From Silicimonas sp. (GTDB lineage Bacteria > Pseudomonadota > Alphaproteobacteria > Rhodobacterales > Rhodobacteraceae), in the NCBI GenBank assembly GCA_022826385.1, contig JAJDUZ010000040.1, positions 1,706-65,705 of the forward strand: DNA of 64,000 nt. The letters are read 5' to 3'. Numbering within the stretch: position 1 is the stretch's first letter; each line of letters begins with the position of its first letter. Both the position numbers and the translations under genes were made by a program. Shown here piece after piece: positions 1-8,549 of the stretch. The notes under the pieces are model-generated. The model saw only the letters and a list, made by a program, of their open reading frames with translations. It ran no database searches and was not told where the DNA came from.

Positions 1-640
1 CCAGCAGGTGTTCCCCGATACAGGCTGCGGTCGCGTCGTTGTGGCGGATCACTTCGAGGCCGGTCGTCTCGCTGACATGGGCGGGGAGGTCCAGATCCAT
101 CCACGCGCGCATCGCTTCTTCCGGAGCGTCGACGACTTCGAGCCAGCTCCAGATTTCGAACGGGCGCCCGACGCCGATCCCGGCGAGCCGGCTTGCGGCG
201 CGGGGGTGGTTCTGTCGGATGTCGGCCAGACCCCGGGCAAGGAAATCGAAGACCGTTTCGATGACGGGGTAGGGGTAGGCGATGGCGTGGCGGTCAATCG
301 GTTTGCCGTTGAAATCGACCAGCACCAGTTCGGCCGAGCGGCGGCCGATGTTCAGGCCAAGCGAATACACCCCCCGCGGATTGAGCGAGATCGGGATCGA
401 GGGTTTGCCGACCTTGCCCTTGATCGCATCCTCGCGTTGGACAATCTCGTCGGTTTCGAGGGCGCGCAGGATGTTCGACACGGTTTGCGCGGTGAGCCCG
501 CATTTGCGCGCGATTTCGGCCCCCGAGAGGGCGCCGTGCCGCCGCAGGACCGACAGCACAAGCCGGGCGTTCCGGTCGCGCAACCCGGACTGGCTTCCGC
601 CTGCGCTGGCCTCGCGTGTCAGGATATCCTGTGTTTCCAA
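1..640 (-). CDS. ROK-family transcriptional regulator, N-terminal ~213 codons (3' end runs off the window)
   Basis: Absent from the ORF track because it has no stop inside the window. My minus-strand translation from TTG 640 reads LETQDILTREASAGGSQSGLRDRNARLVLSVLRRHGALSGAEIARKCGLTAQTVSNILRALETDEIVQRED..GKVGKPSIPISLNPRGVYSLGLNIGRRSAELVLVDFNGKP. That is a winged HTH followed by the start of a ROK fold. The + strand ORF 8..985 is its antisense shadow. It is divergent from a sugar ABC operon. The exact start codon is uncertain. Confidence 0.7.
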   Translation of the reverse strand, partial: METQDILTREASAGGSQSGLRDRNARLVLSVLRRHGALSGAEIARKCGLTAQTVSNILRALETDEIVQREDAIKGKVGKPSIPISLNPRGVYSLGLNIGRRSAELVLVDFNGKPIDRHAIAYPYPVIETVFDFLARGLADIRQNHPRAASRLAGIGVGRPFEIWSWLEVVDAPEEAMRAWMDLDLPAHVSETTGLEVIRHNDATAACIGEHLL

Positions 641-690
641 AGTGTTGTGTCCTCGCTGGCTTCCCAGATTGGCGTGGTCCTTGGCGCGTG

Positions 691-714
691 TCAATTTATA
701 AATCAAATTGATTT
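691..714. promoter_or_regulatory. Overlapping AT-rich palindromes in the ROK/frc divergent promoter (candidate ROK repressor operator)
   Basis: TCAATTT-ATAAATC-AAATTGA (691..711) overlaps the 15-bp palindrome AAATCAA-A-TTGATTT (700..714). It lies between the regulator start (~640, minus) and frcB (795, plus). Confidence 0.4.
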
Positions 715-794
715 ATTTATTGACCCCACGTCAGGAATCAGGAAAGGTTGGGTCCTGTTGGCTGAAGAGCCAGAGACATTTTGGGAGGAATTCA

Positions 795-1814
795 ATGAAA
801 AAACTGCTTCTCGGAACCGTGCTTGCGGGCTTCGCGATGTCGGGTGCCGCTGTGGCCGGAAGCCATTCGGTCAGTGCGTGCCTGATCACCAAGACCGACA
901 CCAACCCGTTCTTCGTCAAGATGCGCGAAGGCGCATTGGCCAAGGCAGAAGAACTGGGCGTCGAGCTGAACACCTATGCTGGTAAGGTTGACGGTGACCA
1001 CGAAACCCAGGTCGCTGCGATCGAAACCTGCATCGCCAATGGGGCGAAAGGCATCCTGCTGACCGCTTCGGACACGGCCTCGATCGTGCCGGTCGTGCAG
1101 CAGGCGCGGGACGCTGGCCTGCTGGTCATCGCACTGGATACGCCGCTTGAACCGCTGGACGCGGCAGACATGACCTTTGCCACCGACAACTTCCTTGCCG
1201 GCAAGCTGATCGGCCAGTGGGCGCGGGCCGCTTTGGGGGACGACGCAGCAAATGCCAAGATCGCCACGCTTGACCTGAACGTGAGCCAGCCGACCGTGGA
1301 CGTACTGCGGAACCAGGGCTTCCTGGAAGGCTTTGGCATTGATCTGGCTGACCCGAACGTGATCGGCGATGAAAGCGATCCGCGGATCGTGGGCAGCGAC
1401 GTCACCGACGGCAATGAAGAGGGCGGACGCCGCGCGATGGAGAACCTTCTGGCGAAGGACCCGACCATCAACGTCGTGCACACCATCAACGAGCCGGCGG
1501 CTGCGGGCGCTTATGAAGCGCTGAAGGCCATTGGACGCGAGAATGACGTGTTGATCGTCTCGGTCGATGGCGGCTGCCCGGGCATCATGAATGTCAAGGA
1601 CGGCGTGATCGGGGCAACCTCGCAGCAGTATCCGCTGCTGATGGCCTCGCTTGGCATCGAAGCGATTGCTGCTTGGGCCAAGGACGGCACCAAGCCGCAG
1701 GCGTCGGAAGGCAAGGACTTCTTTGACACTGGCGTGTCGCTGGTGACGGACAAGCCGGTTGATGGCGTCGAGTCGATCGACACCGCCAAGGGCACCGACC
1801 TCTGCTGGGGTTGA
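795..1814 (+). CDS. frcB: Sugar ABC transporter periplasmic substrate-binding protein (fructose/ribose type, FrcB-like)
   Basis: ATG 795 is preceded by GGGAGGA. Signal peptide is [23 protein letters not shown]. The block [21 protein letters not shown]...[20 protein letters not shown] matches my recollection of Sinorhizobium FrcB. The track ORF 708..1814 carries an N-terminal extension. Confidence 0.85.
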   Translation: MKKLLLGTVLAGFAMSGAAVAGSHSVSACLITKTDTNPFFVKMREGALAKAEELGVELNTYAGKVDGDHETQVAAIETCIANGAKGILLTASDTASIVPVVQQARDAGLLVIALDTPLEPLDAADMTFATDNFLAGKLIGQWARAALGDDAANAKIATLDLNVSQPTVDVLRNQGFLEGFGIDLADPNVIGDESDPRIVGSDVTDGNEEGGRRAMENLLAKDPTINVVHTINEPAAAGAYEALKAIGRENDVLIVSVDGGCPGIMNVKDGVIGATSQQYPLLMASLGIEAIAAWAKDGTKPQASEGKDFFDTGVSLVTDKPVDGVESIDTAKGTDLCWG

Positions 1815-1845
1815 TCTGACCGAATGGTCAACGCAGACTGATTGA

Positions 1846-1871
1846 GGGGGCGGGCCTCGGCCCGCCCTTTT
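1846..1871 (+). terminator. Intra-operon GC hairpin plus T-run after the binding-protein gene (attenuating terminator)
   Basis: GGGGGCGGGCC-TC-GGCCCGCCC followed by TTTT, located between frcB and frcC. Confidence 0.5.
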
Positions 1872-1919
1872 CACGACCCGGGGCGGCACTGCCGCGAGGG
1901 AGGCCAGGGGAAGGAAGCC

Positions 1920-2981
1920 ATGTCCAGCGACTATGAAGCCGCGGCAAGCGGTGCGGATGCGTCTGTTGCGCAGTTCGACGATCACGACAAAGGGCTGATC
2001 GGAAAGTTTCATCACGCCTTGCACACGACACCGGCGCTGGTGCCGCTGATCGTGCTGGTCGCCTCGATTGCGGCCTTCGGCATTCTCTTGGGGTCGAAAT
2101 TCTTTTCGCCCTTTGCCCTGACGCTGATCCTGCAACAGGTGCAGATTGTCGGTGTCCTTGCAGCGGCGCAGAGCCTGATCATCCTGACCGCAGGCATTGA
2201 CCTGAGCGTTGGCGCGATTGCGGTTCTCTGCTCGGTCATCATGGGGCAGATGACGTTTCGCTATGGCTTGCCGGTCGAGGTCTCGATCGTCATCGGCCTG
2301 ACCTTCGGGACGTTGATCGGCGCCATCAATGGCTGGCTTGTGGCGCGGGTGAAGCTGCCGCCGTTCATTGTGACGCTGGGCATGTGGCAGATCGTGCTGG
2401 CGGCGAACTATATCTTTGCCGCGAACGAGACGATCCGCAGTCAGGATATCGCGGCCGAGGCGCCGGCCTTGCAGTTCTTCGGAACGCAGCTGAAATTTGC
2501 AGGCGCCACGTTTACTTACGGCGTGATCTTCATGATCGTTCTGATGTTTGCGCTGGCTTATGTGCTGCGACACACGGCGTGGGGGCGCCATGTCTATGCC
2601 ATCGGCGATGACCCGGAGGCGGCGGAGCTGGCGGGCGTGAACGTCAATCGGACGCTGATCCAGGTCTATGCCGTGGTCGGGCTGATCTGTGCCTTCGCGG
2701 CCTGGGTGATGATCGGGCGGTTCGGCTCGGTGTCGCCATCGGCCACGACCGGGGTGATCGGGAATATTCAGGCGATCACTGCTGTGGTGATCGGGGGCAT
2801 ATCCTTGTTCGGCGGGCGCGGCTCGATCCTTGGGGCGCTTTGCGGTGCGCTGATTGTCGGCGTGTTCGAACTTGGGCTGCGCATGTACGGCGCCGACCCG
2901 CAATGGACCTTCATGTTCATCGGTGTGCTGATCATTGCAGCGACCACGGTGGACCAGTGGATCAGAAAGGTGGCAGCATGA
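1920..2981 (+). CDS. frcC: Sugar ABC transporter permease (FrcC-like)
   Basis: Polytopic membrane protein of the RbsC/AraH-type permease family (…LTAGIDLSVGAI…GGISLFGGRGSILGA…). ATG 1920 follows GGGGAAGGAAG. Confidence 0.85.
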   Translation: MSSDYEAAASGADASVAQFDDHDKGLIGKFHHALHTTPALVPLIVLVASIAAFGILLGSKFFSPFALTLILQQVQIVGVLAAAQSLIILTAGIDLSVGAIAVLCSVIMGQMTFRYGLPVEVSIVIGLTFGTLIGAINGWLVARVKLPPFIVTLGMWQIVLAANYIFAANETIRSQDIAAEAPALQFFGTQLKFAGATFTYGVIFMIVLMFALAYVLRHTAWGRHVYAIGDDPEAAELAGVNVNRTLIQVYAVVGLICAFAAWVMIGRFGSVSPSATTGVIGNIQAITAVVIGGISLFGGRGSILGALCGALIVGVFELGLRMYGADPQWTFMFIGVLIIAATTVDQWIRKVAA

Positions 2982-3751
2982 GCGAGCCTATTCTCAAAGC
3001 CCGCGGTCTGACCAAGCGGTATGGCAAGGTGACGGCGCTGGACAATTGCGACTTCGAGCTGATGCCGGGCGAGATCCTTGGGGTGATCGGCGACAACGGT
3101 GCAGGCAAATCGACCTTGATCAAGGCGGTGTCAGGCGCGGTGGTGCCGGATGCCGGAACGGTCACGCTGGAAGGGCAGGAGGTGAACTTTTCCTCGCCCA
3201 TCGAAGCCCGCGAGGCGGGGATCGAAACGGTCTATCAGACCTTGGCGATGAGCCCGGCGCTGTCGATCACCGACAACATGTTCATGGGCCGCGAGTTGCG
3301 GGCTCCGGGGCTGATGGGCAAGCTCTTCCGCAAGCTGGATCGCCCGGCGATGGAAAAATTCGCCCGCGAAAAGCTGAGCGAGCTTGGCCTGATGACCATC
3401 CAGAACATCAATCAGGCGGTTGAAACGCTGTCGGGCGGTCAGCGTCAGGGTGTGGCGGTGGCGCGGGCGGCGGCGTTCGGGTCGAAGGTCATTATCCTGG
3501 ACGAGCCGACGGCCGCGCTGGGTGTCAAAGAGAGCCGGCGTGTGCTGGAGTTGATCCAGGACGTGAAGTCGCGCGGCATTCCGATCATTCTGATCAGCCA
3601 CAACATGCCGCATGTGTTTGAACTATCAGACAGAATTCACGTGCACCGGTTGGGCAAAAGGCTGACGGTGATTGATCCGAAGGAACATTCGATGTCAGAT
3701 GCCGTGGCTTACATGACCGGAGCGAAAGTGCCGGATGCGGTGGCTGCCTGA
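2978..3751 (+). CDS. frcA: Sugar ABC transporter ATP-binding protein (FrcA-like)
   Basis: Walker A GDNGAGKST, signature LSGGQRQ, Walker B VIILDEPT. ATGA start/stop overlap with frcC at 2978..2981. Confidence 0.9.
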   Translation: MSEPILKARGLTKRYGKVTALDNCDFELMPGEILGVIGDNGAGKSTLIKAVSGAVVPDAGTVTLEGQEVNFSSPIEAREAGIETVYQTLAMSPALSITDNMFMGRELRAPGLMGKLFRKLDRPAMEKFAREKLSELGLMTIQNINQAVETLSGGQRQGVAVARAAAFGSKVIILDEPTAALGVKESRRVLELIQDVKSRGIPIILISHNMPHVFELSDRIHVHRLGKRLTVIDPKEHSMSDAVAYMTGAKVPDAVAA

Positions 3752-3772
3752 GACGCCGAGACTCCGAGGCCT

Positions 3773-3788
3773 TTAACGACTTGTTAAC
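3773..3788. promoter_or_regulatory. Perfect CtrA-type box TTAA-N7-TTAAC
   Basis: TTAACGACTTGTTAAC. A second box with one mismatch, TTAAGGAACTGTTGAC, is at 3903..3918. Both lie in the 240-bp gap between two convergent gene ends. Confidence 0.35.
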
Positions 3789-3992
3789 TTTTGCGCGCCC
3801 CCGACCTCCCACCCCTTCATTCTGGTCGGGGTGGTTAAGGGCCGGTGAATGCGGGGCCGTGTTTCACCCATTGTGAATTTGGTTGATCCTCACACGGTCC
3901 CGTTAAGGAACTGTTGACGCTGACCGGCTCAAGGACGGCACGCGCATCGCTCAAACTGCTCTAAAGTCCATCTGAACCTGGACACGCGCGCG

Positions 3993-5003
3993 TCAGGCGG
4001 ACACTTCACCGACCCGCGCCAGCCAATCCGCCCCCAGACCCACCGTTCTTTCGGCAAAGTCAGGCGCCAGCGCCTGTGGCTCGGGGGCTTCGATGTGGCT
4101 GCCGATCCACGCCAGCAACGCCATCCGGCGCAGCATGACAAACGTGTCGATCTCGGCTTCCTCTTCCGCCGAAAGCGCCCGGACCGACCGGTATCCGTCC
4201 AGCCACGCGGCTTTCATGTCGGGGATTCTCGGATCGTCCTCGATAAAGCTGATCGCGGCGGCGAAGTCATAGAGAAACCAGCCGAACCCGCAATCGTCGA
4301 AATCGATCAAGCGTATATCCGACCCGTCCACCAAAAGGTTCGCAAGCCGCATGTCCGCGTGGATCAGGTTGAAGCGCTCGGGCGCTTTGCCGAACCGCGC
4401 AAGGCGGGCGCGCACCACGGCTTCGACGCGGGTGAGAACCTCGGCCCGCTCTGGCGTCACACCGGGGGCGTCGCGCCAGTGTCCCCAGGTCGGCGCCGGG
4501 CCGAAGACGGTGTCCACATCCCATGTCATCCGTTCGAAGCCTTCGGGGCGGGGCCAGCGCAGGACGTGATCGTGGCACCGGGCTGCGATCTGGCCGAGGT
4601 CGCGGAAGCCCGGGGTCAAATCCCCGGTTTCGTCAGGGGCCGCCCCTTCGACAAACTCGAAAAGGACCATATGCCTTGGGTCAGACAGCGCGGGAAGGGT
4701 TCCGATCTGGATGACCTCGCCGTTCCGCCCTGTAACATAGCCCGGCGTCCGGACCTTGCCGTCATGCGCAAGCGCATCGATCCAAGCCAATTCGGATTCA
4801 ATGGCGCGGTGGCTGTGATACCCGGCGCGGTGGATCCGCAGCACCCATTTCTGGCTGGCGGCTTCCACCAGATATGTCGCGTTCTCGGACACATTGATCA
4901 GCCGCGGGCGGGCGTCGGGCGGCAGGTCCCAAAGCGGGAGGCTGGTTTCCGCCAGGATTTGCAGGTGTTCCAGCAGTGTCTCGAGGGGCATCGCGTCTGT
5001 CAT
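3993..5003 (-). CDS. Phosphotransferase of the APH/choline-kinase (homoserine-kinase type II-like) family
   Basis: Kinase-like catalytic motifs LIHADMRLANLLV and IDFDDCGFGWFLYDFA. Complete 336-aa ORF. Confidence 0.8.
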   Translation of the reverse strand: MTDAMPLETLLEHLQILAETSLPLWDLPPDARPRLINVSENATYLVEAASQKWVLRIHRAGYHSHRAIESELAWIDALAHDGKVRTPGYVTGRNGEVIQIGTLPALSDPRHMVLFEFVEGAAPDETGDLTPGFRDLGQIAARCHDHVLRWPRPEGFERMTWDVDTVFGPAPTWGHWRDAPGVTPERAEVLTRVEAVVRARLARFGKAPERFNLIHADMRLANLLVDGSDIRLIDFDDCGFGWFLYDFAAAISFIEDDPRIPDMKAAWLDGYRSVRALSAEEEAEIDTFVMLRRMALLAWIGSHIEAPEPQALAPDFAERTVGLGADWLARVGEVSA

Positions 5004-5059
5004 GATCGGTCGTTTAGCGACTTCGAAACGGCGGGCAAAGGGCGAAGTGACGCGGGCTC

Positions 5060-5092
5060 TTGAGCTTCCAGTGACTGGAACCTTTATATAAT
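5060..5092 (+). promoter_or_regulatory. MerR/CueR-type promoter of copA with operator dyad in a long spacer
   Basis: -35 TTGAGC (5060..5065). Dyad TTCCAGT-G-ACTGGAA (5066..5080) fills a ~19-bp spacer. -10 is TATATA/TATAAT (5085..5092). This is the classic over-long-spacer MerR architecture, and cueR is encoded directly downstream of copA. Confidence 0.7.
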
Positions 5093-5119
5093 GGACGGAC
5101 AGATCAAAACGGGTGCCGC

Positions 5120-7420
5120 GTGGCGACGAAAACCTACACTTTTGCGCTTGAAGGGTTGAGTTGCGCGTCCTGCGTCGGGCGGGCGGAAGCGGCTTTGGCG
5201 GCCGTGCCGGGCGTCGACGCGGTCAGCGTGAACCTTGCCACTGAAACCGCGCATGTCGTCGCCAGCGACGCGGCCGCGTCGCAAGCGCGCCTGATCGAGG
5301 CGGTGACGGCGGCGGGATATCCGGCGCATGTGGCGGGCGCCTCCGAGAGTGAAGCGCGCTCCGAACGGCGGCAGGACGAGGCTGAGGCCTTGCGGCGCTG
5401 CGTCGGTCTGGCCGCGATGCTTGCCGTGCCGGTCTTCGTGCTTGAAATGGCGGGGCATCTTGTCCCGGCCTTTCATCACCTGGTGGCCCAAACGATCGGG
5501 ATGCAGACCAGTTGGGTCTTGCAGTTTCTGCTGACGACGATCGTGCTGTTCGGGCCGGGATGGGGGTTCTTCGCCAAGGGCGTGCCGGCGTTGCTGGCGC
5601 GCGCGCCTGATATGAACAGTCTGGTGGCGCTGGGCACCGGCGCGGCCTGGGGCTTCTCCACGATCGCGACGTTCCTGCCGGGGCTTTTGCCGCAGGCGAC
5701 GCGGGCGGTCTATTTCGAAAGCGCGGCTGTGATCGTGGTGCTCATCCTTGTCGGGCGCTGGCTGGAAGCGCGGGCCAAGGGGCGCACGGGCGCGGCTATC
5801 CAATCGCTTCTGGGGTTGCAGGCCAAGACCGCGCGGGTTCTGCGGAATGGTCAGCCTCAAGATATCGCGGTCGAGGCGTTGAAGGTGGGCGACATGGTTC
5901 TGATCCGCCCGGGCGAGCGGATTCCGATGGACGGGGTCGTCACCGAAGGGTCCAGCAATATCGACGAGGCAATGATCACGGGCGAGCCCTTGGCCGTGGC
6001 CAAAGTCGCGGGCGATCCGGTGACGGGTGGCACGGTCAATGGGTCCGGCAGCCTGACGGTCCGCGCCACGCGGGTCGGGGCCGACACGGTGCTGGCCGAG
6101 ATCATTCGCATGGTGGAGGAGGCGCAGGGTGCCAAGCTGCCGATCCAGGGGCTGGTTGACCGCGTGACACTCTGGTTCGTGCCGGCGGTTTTGCTGGTGG
6201 CGGCGGTGACCGTGGCCGTCTGGCTGCTACTTGGCCCCGAGCCGGGGCTGGCGCTTGTGGCCGGTGTCTCGGTTCTGATTATCGCGTGCCCCTGTGCCAT
6301 GGGGCTGGCAACGCCGACCTCGATCATGGTGGGCACGGGGCGCGCGGCGGAAATGGGGGTTCTCTTCCGGAAGGGCGAGGCGTTGCAGGCCTTGTCCGAG
6401 GTGCAGGTGGTCGCTCTGGACAAGACCGGGACGGTGACCGAAGGCACGCCTGTTCTGACCGATGTCGTTCTGGCGCCGGGGCAGGCACGGGCCGAAGTCT
6501 TGCGCCTTGTGGCCAGTGTCGAAGCGATGTCCGAGCATCCGATTGCCGAAGCGGTTGTTAAAGGCGCGCGGACCGAAGGCATTGCGCCGGTGCCAGTCGA
6601 TGCCTTCGAAGCACGCGCCGGGTTCGGCGTCGTGGCCGAGGTCGAGGGGCGTCGCGTGCTGGTCGGGGCCGCCCGCCTGATGGCGGCCGAAGGCGTCGAC
6701 CTGTCAGCCTTGGCCAAAGAGGAAGAACGGCTGTCCGGACTTGGCCGCTCGGCGCTTTATGCGGCGATTGATGGCGTGGCGGTGGCCGTGATTGCCGTTG
6801 CGGACATGGTCAAGCCGTCAAGCCGGGCCGCGATTGCGGCGCTCAAGGCGCGGGGGATCAAGGTCGCGATGCTGACGGGCGACACGCGCGCGGCGGCTGA
6901 GGCTGTCGCAGCCGAGGTCGGCGTCGAAACGGTGCTGGCGGGGCTTCTGCCCAAAGACAAAGTGGCCGCCTTCGAGACATTACGTGCAGGTGGCAAGTCG
7001 GTGGCCTTCGTCGGAGACGGGATAAACGATGCGCCGGCGCTGGCCGAGGCCGATGTCGGCATCGCCATCGGGACCGGGACGGATGTTGCGATCGAAAGTG
7101 CCGATGTCGTGCTGATGTCGGGCGATCTGCGGGGCGTTGCAAATGCGGTCGAGGTCTCGCACCGGACGATCACGAATATCCGCCAGAACCTTGGCTGGGC
7201 GTTCGGATACAACATTTTGCTGATCCCGGTTGCCGCGGGCGTGCTTTACCCTGCGTTCGGGATTTTGCTGGCCCCGGTGTTTGCGGCGGGTGCCATGGCG
7301 CTGTCGTCGGTGTCGGTGCTGACAAATGCGCTGCGCTTGCGACGGGTGCGCCCGGTGATGGCGGAACAAGCGGCGCCGCGCGCGACCAACCGGCCCACAA
7401 CTCAGGCGGCGGCGTCATGA
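5120..7420 (+). CDS. copA: Copper-translocating P1B-type ATPase
   Basis: N-terminal HMA domain with [12 protein letters not shown], transmembrane CPC motif ([13 protein letters not shown]), phosphorylation site DKTGT, and [11 protein letters not shown] start. Confidence 0.95.
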   Translation: MATKTYTFALEGLSCASCVGRAEAALAAVPGVDAVSVNLATETAHVVASDAAASQARLIEAVTAAGYPAHVAGASESEARSERRQDEAEALRRCVGLAAMLAVPVFVLEMAGHLVPAFHHLVAQTIGMQTSWVLQFLLTTIVLFGPGWGFFAKGVPALLARAPDMNSLVALGTGAAWGFSTIATFLPGLLPQATRAVYFESAAVIVVLILVGRWLEARAKGRTGAAIQSLLGLQAKTARVLRNGQPQDIAVEALKVGDMVLIRPGERIPMDGVVTEGSSNIDEAMITGEPLAVAKVAGDPVTGGTVNGSGSLTVRATRVGADTVLAEIIRMVEEAQGAKLPIQGLVDRVTLWFVPAVLLVAAVTVAVWLLLGPEPGLALVAGVSVLIIACPCAMGLATPTSIMVGTGRAAEMGVLFRKGEALQALSEVQVVALDKTGTVTEGTPVLTDVVLAPGQARAEVLRLVASVEAMSEHPIAEAVVKGARTEGIAPVPVDAFEARAGFGVVAEVEGRRVLVGAARLMAAEGVDLSALAKEEERLSGLGRSALYAAIDGVAVAVIAVADMVKPSSRAAIAALKARGIKVAMLTGDTRAAAEAVAAEVGVETVLAGLLPKDKVAAFETLRAGGKSVAFVGDGINDAPALAEADVGIAIGTGTDVAIESADVVLMSGDLRGVANAVEVSHRTITNIRQNLGWAFGYNILLIPVAAGVLYPAFGILLAPVFAAGAMALSSVSVLTNALRLRRVRPVMAEQAAPRATNRPTTQAAAS

Positions 7421-7818
7421 GCACCATCGGAGACGTGGCCGAGCGGACCGGGCTGCCGCAAAAGACCATCCGGTATTATGAAGAGATCGGGCTGATCCGA
7501 CCGGCCCGCAGCGCCAATGGCTATCGCCATTTCCGCGAGAGCGACCTGCACAAACTTGCCTTTCTGGGGCGGGCAAGGGCGCTTGGCTTCTCCATTGAAG
7601 ATTGCCGGACGCTGCTGGGACTTTACGAGGACAACACGCGCGAAAGCGCCTCGGTCAAGGCGCTGGCGGAGGGTCATCTGGCCGAGATCGATCGCAAGAT
7701 CGATCAGCTTCAGTCGATGCGCGCGACGCTGGCCGATCTGGTGACGGCGTGTCATGGCGATGACCGGCCGGATTGTCCGATATTGGCGGATTTGTCAGGC
7801 GACGAAGACGCGCCGTGA
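7417..7818 (+). CDS. cueR: MerR-family Cu(I)-responsive regulator (CueR/HmrR)
   Basis: N-terminal [27 protein letters not shown] and C-terminal metal loop [13 protein letters not shown] overlap with the copA stop. Confidence 0.9.
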   Translation: MSTIGDVAERTGLPQKTIRYYEEIGLIRPARSANGYRHFRESDLHKLAFLGRARALGFSIEDCRTLLGLYEDNTRESASVKALAEGHLAEIDRKIDQLQSMRATLADLVTACHGDDRPDCPILADLSGDEDAP

Positions 7819-7900
7819 ACGGGTCTCACGGGCAAGTGACTGTCAGGGAAGGCGGACCGGGCTAAATCAGCCGAACGGATCGCTGAAGGAGCTTGCGCCA

Positions 7901-8545
7901 ATGTCCATTCGTCACGCCCTTGCGGGGTTCTGTCTGTTTCTGGTCACGGGCGTCGCGCAAGCCGCACCTGTGCCTTTTGATGCGTCGTGGCGCGAGCAGG
8001 GGTTCCTGCGGTTTTTCACCAACGACTATACCTTTCGCGGTAGCCAGCTTGATGTCGTCTCGGACGGGACCGTTTCTCTGGTCTGGAAACCGCTGGACGC
8101 GGCGCAGCGCACCGCGACCGCGGCCAGTTGGCAATGGCGCGTCCGCGAAAGCGTGCCGCCGACCGACCTGACGCGGAAGGGGGGCGATGACCGGAACCTT
8201 GCGCTTTACTTCGTGTTCGTCGACGAGGCGACGGCGGCGCGGCTCAATCCCTCGAACGCGCGCCGGTTGCTGCGGAACGCCAGCACTCGGGCGCTGATCT
8301 ATGTCTGGGGCGGGGCGCATTCGGTCGGGGACATCCTGCCAAGCCCTTATCACCCCGGATTGCGGACCAAGGTTCTGCAGACCGGCGCCGCGGGCACGTT
8401 CCGCGAGCGGGTCGACCTCGAGGCGGATTATCGCCGCGCGTTCGGGGAAGCGCCCGGCGTGCTGGTGGGGTTGGGCGTTTCGGCGGACAGCGACGACACG
8501 GATGCCCGTGTGCGGGCCTCGATTGCGGATCTGCGGCTGGAGTGA
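7901..8545 (+). CDS. DUF3047-like exported protein
   Basis: Signal peptide MSIRHALAGFCLFLVTGVAQA, followed by sequence I recognise as the DUF3047 family (…LDVVSDGTVSLVWKPL…DDRNLALYFVF…). ATG 7901 lies inside the longer track ORF. Confidence 0.6.
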   Translation: MSIRHALAGFCLFLVTGVAQAAPVPFDASWREQGFLRFFTNDYTFRGSQLDVVSDGTVSLVWKPLDAAQRTATAASWQWRVRESVPPTDLTRKGGDDRNLALYFVFVDEATAARLNPSNARRLLRNASTRALIYVWGGAHSVGDILPSPYHPGLRTKVLQTGAAGTFRERVDLEADYRRAFGEAPGVLVGLGVSADSDDTDARVRASIADLRLE

Positions 8546-8549
8546 CGGC

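Noticed and set aside
8-985. 325-aa + strand ORF at the window start
   Set aside because: Its translation is low-complexity Arg/Gly/Asp-rich and it runs antisense to a convincing ROK regulator reading frame on the minus strand. It also reads through the AT-rich promoter into frcB. It is a typical high-GC shadow ORF.
792-2903. Very long antisense ORFs: 792..2903(-), 8301..10448(+), 15358..17079(+), 22666..23892(+), 30429..32360(-), 44782..46332(+), 58591..59877(+), 63..type examples elsewhere
   Set aside because: Each lies opposite a gene with clear family motifs (frcBC, Hint/RTX, PA14 autotransporter, aminotransferase, katG, paaZ, hom). Each translates to Arg/Gly/Pro/His-rich sequence with no motifs. 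Stop-codon depletion on the antisense strand is expected at this GC content.
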